Below are positions 21,380 through 31,160 of a stretch of 64,000 nt of DNA, piece by piece; position 1 is the stretch's first letter; every line of letters starts with the position of its first letter. Under the pieces are notes generated by a model, which was given only the letters and a program-made list of their open reading frames with translations, did not search any database and was not told the DNA's origin. The stretch covers positions 512,001 to 576,000 of the forward strand of contig CBDCCI010000002.1 in the NCBI GenBank assembly GCA_965214705.1, read 5' to 3'. The position numbers were made by a program, and so were the translations under genes. Source of the DNA: Alphaproteobacteria bacterium (GTDB taxonomy: Bacteria; Pseudomonadota; Alphaproteobacteria; UBA828).

Positions 21380-22520
21380 TCAGGCGAGCTTGGCGCCCGT
21401 CGGCACGAGACCGGTCCCGGAGAACCGCCACAGCGCGATGAGTAGCTTGCGGGCGAGCGCCACGATCATCACTCGGCGAATGCGGCCCCGAGCTCCGGCG
21501 GTGCGTTCCTCGAACCACTTGCTGAGCGCGCTGTCGGGTTGATGGCGCAACCAGCGCCACGCCATTTGGATGAGGAGGGCACGGATCCAGGCCGGACCGT
21601 CGCGGCCGATCCCCTGATCGCGTTGCACGTCCCCGCTTGCCCACGGAGCCGGCGTCAACCCGACCCAACTCGCGAGCTCACGGCGGTTGTGGAAGTCGCG
21701 GTAGAAGATCTCGTGCTCAAGCAGCGTCGCGTCGTTCGCGCCGATCCCCTTCAGTTGGGTCAACGTCGCGATCTTGGCCGCCGCCTTCTCCTGGCTTCCC
21801 TCCGGGGCGACCGGCGCCGGGATAGCCTCGCCCTGGCGGGCAACCGCATCTCGCTCCGCCTCGACTTCCGCGATCTGCCGCTGCACGAGCGACAGCCGCT
21901 CCACAAGCCGAAGGATCTCCTGGCGAGCCCGCGGCGGGAACGGCGATCCATATGCGGTCACCGTGTCCGCGAACGTCTCCTCGAACCCTTTGGCGCGGGG
22001 GTCCAGGTCGAAGATGCCGTGCAGCTTCAGCAGCCCCTTGATCGAGTTGGTCAGCGAGGTCCGCTCCTTCACCAGGCGCCGGCGCTCGCGAATCAGCCGC
22101 TTGCGATCCTCCTCCTCGACGCTCGGAACCCGCACACGGCTCAGCACTGCGGCGTCACCCCGGTCATGGGCGAGAAGGGCGCGCACCATCTTCTTCGCAT
22201 CGATCCGATCCGTCTTGCGCTGCTTCGCCTTCCGGTTCACCAACAGGCTCGCCGGATCGAGCACCACCGTCTCGATGGACATCTCCCGCTCCAGCCAGCG
22301 CTCCAGCCAGAAGCCCTCGTAGCCCGCCTCGTAGCAGCACAGGACGCGCACCTCTCGGTCGAGAGCCCGTTCAGCCTTGGCCCGCTGCTTCTCGATCAGA
22401 TCCCTGAGGCCTTCCGTGTCCGCCGGCCCGAGCGAGTGCAGGCCGATCTTTTCGCTGGTCGGGCTCTTGACCCCAACCACCCAGCTCTTCCGGCTGACCT
22501 CAATCGCCACGTACAGCGTG
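21380..22520 (-). CDS. IS110 transposase body, copy 2
   Basis: Same protein as 14346-15486. Confidence 0.9.
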
Positions 22521-22932
22521 TTGAACTGAGCCGCGTTCCGCGGCGGGGTGTCTTGCCCGCCGGGTAATCGGAGTGACCTCCCCACAGCAGGCAAGTTGAT
22601 CGGGGCCGTCCGCCTCAGCGCGACGGCGCAGGGTCTCAACCCGTTTCTCTCTCGTTGATCGATGGTCGTCGACCGCCTGGCCCGCAAGCAAGAGCATGGG
22701 CGTGTCTTCGTGACAGATCAGACCAAGAGGGAGACGCCCCATGACGCCGCTTCGTCAGCGCATGATCAACGACATGACCGTTCGCGGCTTCGCCGAGAAC
22801 ACCAGGAAGTCCTACCTCAACTCGGTCTCCAGGCTCGCGGTTCACTACGGCCGCAGCCCCGAGTTGATCTCGGCGGAGGAAGTCCAGGAGTACCTCATCT
22901 TCCTTCACGAAGAGCGGGGGCTGGCCTGGCAG

Positions 22933-25134
22933 CAGGGCGAATTTGTCCAAGCCTGATTTTTGAGTTCTGCGCTACGAGTTGACCTTGGGTCTGGTCAGCG
23001 CGCGCCAACCCTGCTATGGATTGAGGCGACTGGATTCGCGGTGTTCTGCTGCGGATCGGCTTCGAGCAGGGGGACGGTTTCTACGGTGGATCTTTCCGAG
23101 GTCGATGTCGCTGCTGTCCGGCCGGAGGACGAGGCCCGGTTCCGCGCGCTGATGGAGGGGCATCACTACCTGGGTGCGTCTGCGAAGGTGGGGGCGACGG
23201 CGTGGTACGTCGCCCATCGGCGCGGCGAGTGGCTGGCGCTGGCCGTGTTTTCGGCTGCGGCGCGCAAGTGCCGGGCGCGGGACGAGTGGATCGGCTGGGA
23301 CTTCCGCACGCAGCACGGGCGGCTGCATCTGATCGCGAACAACGCGCGCTTCCTGATCCTGCCGGGACGGGGTGTTCCGAACCTCGGCTCGCGGGTGCTG
23401 GGGCTTTGCGCGCGGCGCTTGGCGCGCGACTGGCCGGCCCGCTTCGGCCACCCCGTGCTGATGCTGGAAACATTCGTGGACGCGGCGAGGTTCCGGGGCA
23501 CGGTCTACCGGGCGGCTGGATGGCTGGCGGTCGGCCAGACCCGCGGCTTCCGGCGCCACCGCTCGGGCTATGTCGCCGGCTCGACGCCGAAGCTTGTGCT
23601 GCTGCGCCCCCTGGTTCCCGACGCCTGCCGCCGGCTGTCCGCTGCCGGGCTGGATCGGGAGTTGTGGAAGAAAGGAGTTCCGAGAACCATGATCAGCGCC
23701 GCTCAGCAAGAGTCGCTCTACGCCTACTTCAAGGACATCGACGACCCCCGCACGCGCAAGGGACGGCGGCATTCGCTGCCCAGCGTGCTCGCGCTTGCGA
23801 GTGGCGCGACGCTCTGCGGCATGCGAGGCTGGAAGGCCATGTCCGAGTGGGTCGACGATCTCGGCGAGAAGGCGCTGGCCCGCTTCGGCGTGCGGCTGCG
23901 CGACGGGGTGCGCCGGCCGCCTTCGATGTCGACCATCCGCAATGTGGTGATCCGGGTGGACCCGGACCAGTTGGACGAGGCGTTGCGCAAGTGGCAGGAG
24001 GCCCACGGCTCAGGCGACGCGGCGCTTGCCATCGACGGCAAGACCCTGAGGGGGGCCATCGACGAGGACGGGACCCAGGCTCATGTCATGAGCGCGGTCG
24101 GGCACGAGACCAAGGCCACGCTCGCCCAAAAAAACTTCTCCTGAAAGTCGGGGCCGACGAGGAGACAAAGCGCACCAACGAGATCGGCACCGTGACGGCG
24201 CTGGTGGACCTGATCCCGAACATCGCGGGCAAGACGGTCACGACGGACGCGCTGCTAACCCAGCGCAAGTTCGCCCGCTACCTGCTCGACCGGGGCGCGC
24301 ACTTCATGTTCATCGTGAAAGGGAACCAGAAGACCATGCGGGACGATGTGACGCTGCTCTTCGAAGAGGCGCCGGAGCGTGAGCCTGACTTCGAGGAGGA
24401 GGCCGCGCTGTCGCACGGACGCATCGAGCAGCGGGCAATCTGGACGAGCACGGAGTTGAACGGCTTTCTCGACTTCCCGGGCGTCGGCCAGGTCTTCATG
24501 ATCGAGCGCTCCCGCCAGGACAAGAAGACCGGCGAGACCGGCACCGAGACCGCCTACGGGATCTCCAGCCACACGCCCGGCACGGCCAACGCGCAGAGCC
24601 TGCTCGCCCTCAACCGCGGCCACTGGTGCATCGAGAACAGCTCGCACCACTGCCTCGACTGGACCTGGGACGAGGACCGCAGCCGCATACGCACAGGCTT
24701 CGGCCCCGAGAACATGACCCGCCTGCGGCGCTTCGCCATCGGCCTGATCAAGGGCCGGGGGCTCGAGGTCGCCTCGACCGTGCGCAGGCTCGCCCGCAAC
24801 GTCCGCGCCGTCCTCGACTTCCTGAAAATGACCGGGAACACCCAGCCGAGGACCGCAAAGCGCGCCGCGCCGGCCTGAACCCCGGCGCCCGGCAAGCCGG
24901 GCGCAAAGATCGTACCTGCCTCGCTCCCGACCACGCCGGTGGCGCGATCCATCATGTCGGGGCACCGCCAAATCGCGACGGCACCGCCCGCACCGCCCAC
25001 ACGGTAATGCCAGAACCCTCTGACCGAACCGGATGCTCGGCCAGACCCCGCCGCAAACCCCGCAACAAAGCCGATCCGCACAACCCGTGGCCAGAACTCA
25101 ACTGCCTACCAGCCGCTTGGACAAATTTGCCCTG
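22933..25134 (+). mobile_element. ISAs1-family element
   Basis: IR cagggcgaatttgtccaagc / gcttggacaaatttgccctg; 10-bp TSD ggcctggcag. Confidence 0.93.
22960..24878 (+). CDS. DUF4338/DruA-like domain fused to ISAs1 transposase, -1 frameshift at A7C (24128-24135)
   Basis: HHYLG, ANNARFLILP, LETFVD..GTVYRAAGW; then DPR..RH, AIDGKTLRG | TTDALLTQ, VKGNQ, RGHWCIEN; true start uncertain. Confidence 0.8.
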
Positions 25135-25658
25135 GGCCTGGCAGAGCTGCAACAGCGCTCGCCAGGGGATCCGCTTCTTCTATCGCATCACGCTGGGCTT
25201 GCCCGAGCCGCACTTCTATCTGCCCTTCGCCAAGACGCCTTCCACCCTGCCCGTGCTGCTCAACCAAGAGGAACTGGTGCGGCTGTTCAGCGTCACCATC
25301 AACCGCAAGCACCGGGCCTTGCTGATGACGGCCTATGCAGCGGGGCTTCGGGCGAGCGAGCTCGGCCGGTTGCAGGTCGGCGACATCGACTCACAGCGCA
25401 TGTTGCTGCGCATCGACCAGGGCAAGGGCAACAAGGACCGCTACGTCCCGCTTTCGCCCCGGCTGCTGGAGGAGCTGCGCGAGTACTGGCGGCGGGTACG
25501 GCCCGAGCACTGGCTGTTCCCCAGTCGGATTCTCGGCCGGCCGATGACGCGCAGTGGGGCCTCACGCGTTTACAATGGAGCCAAGGACAAGGCCGGGATC
25601 GACAAGCCCGGCGGGATCCACACGCTGCGCCATTGCTACGCCACCGGGCTCCTCGAGG

Positions 25659-25730
25659 AAATACACACACATGTCCGACCTCACAGTGCTCGAGGCCGTC
25701 GATACCGTCGGCGCCGTCCTGGAGGGTTGA
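25659..25730 (+). pseudogene. C-terminal stub of an upstream tandem integrase
   Basis: KYTHMSDLTVLEAVDTVGAVLEG*, ending 3 nt before the next integrase. Confidence 0.55.
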
Positions 25731-25733
25731 GAC

Positions 25734-26894
25734 ATGGCCGCGAAGAGGCGGCGTCTGACCGACGCCAACGTCGCGAGGCTGGCGCCGATGGCCCGCGAGC
25801 ACACCGTCTGGGACACGCGCCAGGCGGGTCTCGGCGTGCGGGTTCGGTCGTCGGGGCACCGGAGCTATGTCTATTGCCGGAAGGGCGAGGGCGGCGCGCG
25901 CAGGATCACGCTCGGGTCTGCCGCGTTGATGACGGTGGAGGAGGCGCGCGCCAAGTGCCTCGCCGTCGAGACCGACGCGCGGTCCGGCAGGCCGAGAAGA
26001 GGAGCTGTCCCGACCTTCGCGGAATTCGCCGCAGGTCCGGCGCGGGCGCGTCTCGACAGATGCAAACCATCGACACGAAAGACCGCAACCTGGATCCTGA
26101 GAGCACACTTGCTTCCAGCGTTCGGGGCCTTGCCCCTGGACCGGATCACCCGGGCCGGCGTGACCCGCTGGTTCGACGAGTATAGCCGGTCCGCGCCCGG
26201 CGCGGCCAATCGCGCGCTGAGCCTGCTTCGCCAGATCCTGAACCATGCGGCCGGTTACGGCCATCTCCAGACGAACCCGGCGCGTGGCATCAAGCGCAAC
26301 CCCCGCCCGAAACTCACACGTTTTCTGTCGCGCGAGGAGATCCGCCGCCTTCACCGCGTGCTGGACCGCTACGCCGGCGCGCGGGCCTCACACGCTCGAC
26401 AGGCGGACATCATCCGCTTTCTCCTGCTGACCGGCTGCCGGAAGAGCGAGATCCGGACCCTTCGCTGGCAGGATGTGGACGAGGACACGCTCAACTTGAG
26501 CGACGCCAAGACCGGGCCGAGACGGGTCTTCCTGAACGCGCCGGCCCGCGCCGTCCTGGAACGGCAACCACGATCCGGGTGCGCGTATGTCTTCCCCTCG
26601 CCGTCGAACCCCGGGCGGCCGTTCTCGTGCGATCTGAGGCTCTGGTACTCGGTGCGCGGGGAAGCGGGGATCGAGGACGTGCGCCTGCATGACCTTCGCC
26701 ATACGTTCGCCAGCCACGCCGTGCTACAAGGCATCCCTCTACCGGTCGTCTCCCGGCTGCTTGGCCATAAGTGCCCGAGCATGACGCTGCGCTATGCTCA
26801 CGTCGGCGATAGGGAGACCGAGGCGGCGGCGGAGCGCATAGGTGCAGCAATCGCGCGGGCATTGGCCGGCACGGCCAACTCCACCACCAGTTGA
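25734..26894 (+). CDS. Arm-type tyrosine integrase, intact
   Basis: TGCRKSE, DAKTG, HDLRH, LLGH, TLRYAH: complete catalytic set. Confidence 0.92.
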   Translation: MAAKRRRLTDANVARLAPMAREHTVWDTRQAGLGVRVRSSGHRSYVYCRKGEGGARRITLGSAALMTVEEARAKCLAVETDARSGRPRRGAVPTFAEFAAGPARARLDRCKPSTRKTATWILRAHLLPAFGALPLDRITRAGVTRWFDEYSRSAPGAANRALSLLRQILNHAAGYGHLQTNPARGIKRNPRPKLTRFLSREEIRRLHRVLDRYAGARASHARQADIIRFLLLTGCRKSEIRTLRWQDVDEDTLNLSDAKTGPRRVFLNAPARAVLERQPRSGCAYVFPSPSNPGRPFSCDLRLWYSVRGEAGIEDVRLHDLRHTFASHAVLQGIPLPVVSRLLGHKCPSMTLRYAHVGDRETEAAAERIGAAIARALAGTANSTTS

Positions 26895-27287
26895 CCGCGC
26901 GCCTATAGCCGGATTGATGCGCTAAAGTTGGATGACAAACACTTCGGATGAGATTCACCGGCTACATTGGTGAGATTGGGCAAGAGAATCTGTTTCACGG
27001 CAATTCCGCCCTGTGGAGGCCCATTGGGCGCGTGGCCGCGAGTACTGGCAGCCCATACCTGCGGATCACGAATTGAGCCAAAGGCTTATCCCTTTGGTTC
27101 CGGCTTCCCAAGATGCTGTACCGGCCGCGTCGGCAAAATCATTCGTCATGGTCCCGGTTCTTTCCCTGTTTCAAGGATTTACCCGCCGAATGGCGGGTGA
27201 CCCGGTGCCCCACATATTGAGAAGCCGTGCTCAACGGGATAAGCCTTTTGAGCCATTCTGAAAGCCAATTGACACCCTCAGCCGCGG

Positions 27288-27770
27288 TTAAGAATTGTTC
27301 CCGCGTCCGCCCGGCAGTTTCAAGCTGGCAAATGGCGCCCGTAAGATCGCGGCCAACCGTTCCTGAACCCTCTGAGCTAGCAATAGTTCCAAAGAATAGA
27401 AAAGACAGACGAGCCCGAACAGATACTCCTGCACCTCGATTATGTCCTCGTTTCGGAACATCTCAACATTCTTGTGGATATACGACGAAGCAAAAACGAG
27501 GGTCGCGGTTGCAGCGGCGACAATGAACAACTTGGTTTGCCTTGAAAACAAAGCATAGATGACAAAAAGAAGAAGAAATCCATTCCCACGATATGTAATG
27601 TAAATTGGGTCAAAAAAGAAAGCTATATTTCCACGATCACTGTATTGCCCATAATGGGATAACACCAGCAGGAAACCGAACATCACGGGTATCGACGGTA
27701 GCGGAATTCCGAGGACAGTGTCTTTCCGACAAAAGAAGGCGGCGCAGGTTACGGCGCACAACAACAGCAT
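27288..27770 (-). pseudogene. Low-GC multi-pass membrane protein fragment
   Basis: Hydrophobic ORF; probably once continuous with 27889-28345. Confidence 0.5.
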
Positions 27771-27888
27771 TCCGATCCAAACGAAACGTTTAACGTCAAA
27801 GGCTTATCCCTCTGGCTCCGGTTCCCCAACATATTGTACCGGCCACCTCGGCGGCGGTATCCGACACGGTCGCAGTTCCTTCCGTGTC

Positions 27889-28345
27889 TCAATGGGTTGC
27901 CCGTAAAGTGCCCAACGATCCGGCACCCCACATATGGAGAAGCCGGATGTAAGGGGATAAGCCTTTAACGTCAATACCCAGAAAGATTATATTATGAACG
28001 TTGAATTTGTCCTTGTAATTCAACCCGCTCAAGACTTCAGGTGTGGCAAATCCGAATAGACGCTGCGCCCAACTGATTTCCTCTCCCGCGCCGATAATTA
28101 GTGCAATACCGCCGAGAATATAGACGCAGCGCTGGAACGAACGTTGCTCCGCCGAAGCCGTAACGAACAGCAAGAGACCAGTCAAGAGAAGCAAAACCGC
28201 CGTGAGGTACTCCACCCAAAAGTCCTCTCGAGTCAATGCATTGTAGCCTGACGGGTCGATAACGGCGAGACAGTCGAAGAAAATTACGTTGAGGCACACG
28301 CAGAGGTAACCGAAGACGGCTATTCTGCTGCCGAGGCCGTTTCGC
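27889..28345 (-). pseudogene. Membrane protein fragment (ED..VE / GEEISWAQR / FNVHN motifs)
   Basis: Hydrophobic helices with LTREDFWVEY, GAGEEISWAQRLFG, FNVHN; 5' end cut by IS. Confidence 0.55.
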
Positions 28346-28355
28346 GGGGGGGGGG

Positions 28356-29707
28356 CATAAGCGCTAACTTGTTTGTCATGTCGGCGATCCGTATCGTGGG
28401 TTGGTGCGCGATGCGGGGAGGCTTGACGGATGGTTGAGGACTGGAACGTGGTGTTGTCGTTTCTGCCCGAGGACTGGCGGGAGTTGGCGCAGGAGACCGG
28501 GGCCTTGAAGGGTCTGCGCAAGGACAAGTCGGTCGACGCTCTGCTGCGCACGCTGTTGCTGCATCTGGCCTGCGGACACTCGCTGCGCGAGACCGTGGTG
28601 CGGGCCAGGAAGGCGAACCTGGCCGATTTGTCCGACGTGGCCTTGTTGAAGCGTCTGAGGAAGTCGGGGGGCTGGCTGCACGCGTTGTGCGTCGCGCTGT
28701 TTCGCGAACAGGGGATCGCGATGTCGGCCGATGGTGGGTTCCAGGTCAGGGCGTTCGACGCGACGACGGTGAAGGAGCCGGGCAGGACCGGGGCGCTGTG
28801 GCGCCTGCACTAGAGCGTGCGTCTTCCATCGCTGGCGTGCGACTTCTTCAAGCTCACGCCGACCGAGGGATGGGGCACGGGCGAGGCGTTCGCGCAGTTT
28901 CCGATCGGCGACGGCGACTTCGTGCTCGCCGACCGGGCCTACTCGACCGCTGCGGGCCTCCGCCATGTGGTGTCCGCGGGCGGTCATGTCACCGTGCGCG
29001 TGAACACCGGGTCGCTGCCGCTTCGAACCCGCGACGGCGCGCCGTTCGACCTGCTTGCGCACGTCACGGCGCTGAAGCGGGTCGGCAGCGTGCGATCCTG
29101 GCCCGTGCTGGCGGTCGGGGACGGCATCGCGGTGCCGGGGCGCGTGTGCGCGATCAGAAAGACGCAGGAAGCCATCAAGCTCGCGCAGCGCAAGCTGCGC
29201 AAGGAGGCCGCGCGAAAAGGCAAACAGGTTCAGCCGCGAACCCTGGAGTTCGCGCGCTACGTCATCGTGTTCACGACCTTTCCCGAAGCGGCCTTCAGCG
29301 CGGCGCAGGTCCTGGAGTGGTATCGCACCCGCTGGCAAGTCGAACTGGTCTTCAAGCGCTTCAAGTCTCTGGCGCAGTTGGGGCATCTGCCCAAATACGA
29401 CGACGAGAGCGCCAAGGCGTGGCTCTACGGCAAACTTCTGGTGGCGCTGCTGGTGGAAAAGCTGATCCGTCATGCCAGCGCGGCTTCCCCCTGGGGATAC
29501 AGCCTGGAGGCGCTGCCGGCCGCACAGCGCCTGGCGTGACTTCAGGTTCATGCTCAACCAGGTCGTGCGAGCCATCGAACCCCATCTGCCCCTCGTCCGG
29601 GTGATCGAATGGAACCAGATCTCCAAGGCTCTCTCCGAACCACCCCGACGGCGCCTGCCCCAGATCGCGAAACGCTTCATCGACGCCCAAACAAGTTAGC
29701 GCTTATG
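28356..29707 (+). mobile_element. IS4-family, IS186-like element
   Basis: Perfect 20-bp IR cataagcgctaacttgtttg; flanked by G10 and C15. Confidence 0.85.
28430..29539 (+). pseudogene. IS4 transposase with in-frame TAG at 28811-28813
   Basis: FDATT, LADRAY, YRTRWQVELVFKRFKS; WRLH*SVRL. Confidence 0.85.
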
Positions 29708-29722
29708 CCCCCCCCCCCCCCC

Positions 29723-30699
29723 GCGTGCGGAAGAAAGAATCCGGCTCCCCAACTCAAGTGCATGGTTGCTAGGATCACCGGGAGAATGAACGCGGTGTAG
29801 GAACGGCGACGGATCCCGACCGTCAGGGACCCCATCATCAGGACGAAGAGGTAAGCGAGCGGCAACGCTACTGCCGCCTCCCAAGGGGCTCCAGCCGGAG
29901 CCAGGAGAGCCGAGACAGCCAGCCCCGACACCAGCAGCGGGGCGGCGAGATGCCGAATCCGCAGCGACGCGGGGTGCTGCCGCAGCATCGATATCTTCAT
30001 CCGGCCATAGTTGAAATATTGCTTGGCCAAGGCGCGCAGCGTGCCGCGGGGCCGGTATTCGACCGCGAGCTCGGGATCGAACCACACCGTCTCCCCTCGT
30101 TGCCGCAACCGGTAGTTGACCTCGTAGTCTTCGTTGCCATGCAGGGAGCGGTTGAAACTGCCCGCCGCTTCCAATGCTTCGCGTCGAAAGACGCCCAGGT
30201 AGACGGTGTCGGTCGGCCCCGCAGGGCCGCCAAGCCGATAACGCGCGTCGCCTGCCCCAAGTGGGGTGGTCATCGCGGTCGCTACCGCCCGCTCGAAGAA
30301 CGTGGTCCCGACCGCCCGTTGCCGGCCGCCCACATTCGCGGCCCCCGTTCTCTGAAGCGTCTCGACCGCGCCGCGCAGATATCCGGGCAGGAAAAACGCA
30401 TGGGCGTCGCAACGCACGATCACACACCCCGTCGCGACCTGCAGCGCTGCGAGGATGCCGGGGACGTGCAACTGGTCGGGGTTGGGGATCAGTCGCACCG
30501 ACGGGAAGAGTCGTCGAATCAGCTCCGCGGTAGCAGGGGTGTCGGAACCGTCGGAGACAATCACCTCTACCGGGCCCGGGTAATCCTGGGATATCACCGA
30601 ATCGAGACACTCCGCGATGGTCGCTTCAGCGTTGCGGGTCGGTATGATAACCGACACTGCGGGAAGGCGATTGGCGACGGCTGCTACTGGCTGCTTCAT
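29723..30699 (-). CDS. GT2 glycosyltransferase (ExoA-like), extreme 3' end replaced by IS
   Basis: VSVIIPTRN, SDGSD, VRCDAH, DTVYLG, NEDYEVN, HLSWGAGF. Confidence 0.88.
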
Positions 30700-30858
30700 G
30701 GGATGATCTTGGACATGCCCCTTGCGCTCAGAAGGCGATCAAAATACTCGATCACCTTCTCGAGTCCAGTTTCCAAAGGCGTGGCCGGCGTCCAATCGAG
30801 GTCATTCTTGGCTTTCGTGATGTCGGGCTGCCGCCGTCGCGGATCGTCTTGCGGCAAT
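30696..30858 (-). pseudogene. UDP-glucuronate decarboxylase/NAD-epimerase C-terminal remnant
   Basis: LPQDDPRRRQPDITKAKNDLDWTP..LETGLEKVIEYF. Confidence 0.8.
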
Positions 30859-31160
30859 CTTTAGGGTTGAGCAGGTTCGCGAGAGCGATCCTGCTCAACC
30901 CGTTTGAACGAAGCCGCGGGCCCCGAGACTGGACGTTGGATATGTGGAAAGTGCGCCGGTGGCGCGCTTAGGAAGGGATGACTGGCGGGATGCCTGTTGT
31001 CGCGGCTGCTGTTTCAGTCCGGGCTGGGCCGGCCTTCGGCACGTGAATCGGGGAGATCGATCGGGTCGAGCGGCGCGCCTGCGTGCATGATCGGGATCGA
31101 GCACGAGTTGCCCGGCTTGCCGGCGAGACGGCGCGGACGCACGAAGCTGAAGCGAAGGGA

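Larger units (their letters stand above)
21048..25658. repeat. Second copy of the IS1111::variant C composite (14014-16412), with ISAs1 inserted, truncated
   Basis: Offset 7034; near-identical (one V/A codon difference seen); starts exactly at the IS1111 end. Confidence 0.93.
22741..25658 (+). pseudogene. Variant C recombinase copy 2, split by ISAs1 and truncated
   Basis: Identical to the 15707 gene up to GLLE. Confidence 0.9.

Noticed and set aside
22960-23690. Complete Druantia defence system
   Set aside because: Only a DUF4338-like domain inside an IS; no DruE helicase or partner genes
6398-28813. Two in-frame TAG codons (6398, 28811) as amber recoding
   Set aside because: The IS4 transposase ending at 46381 uses TAG as a normal stop, no recoding machinery is in view, and the region is full of pseudogenes; nonsense mutation is simpler
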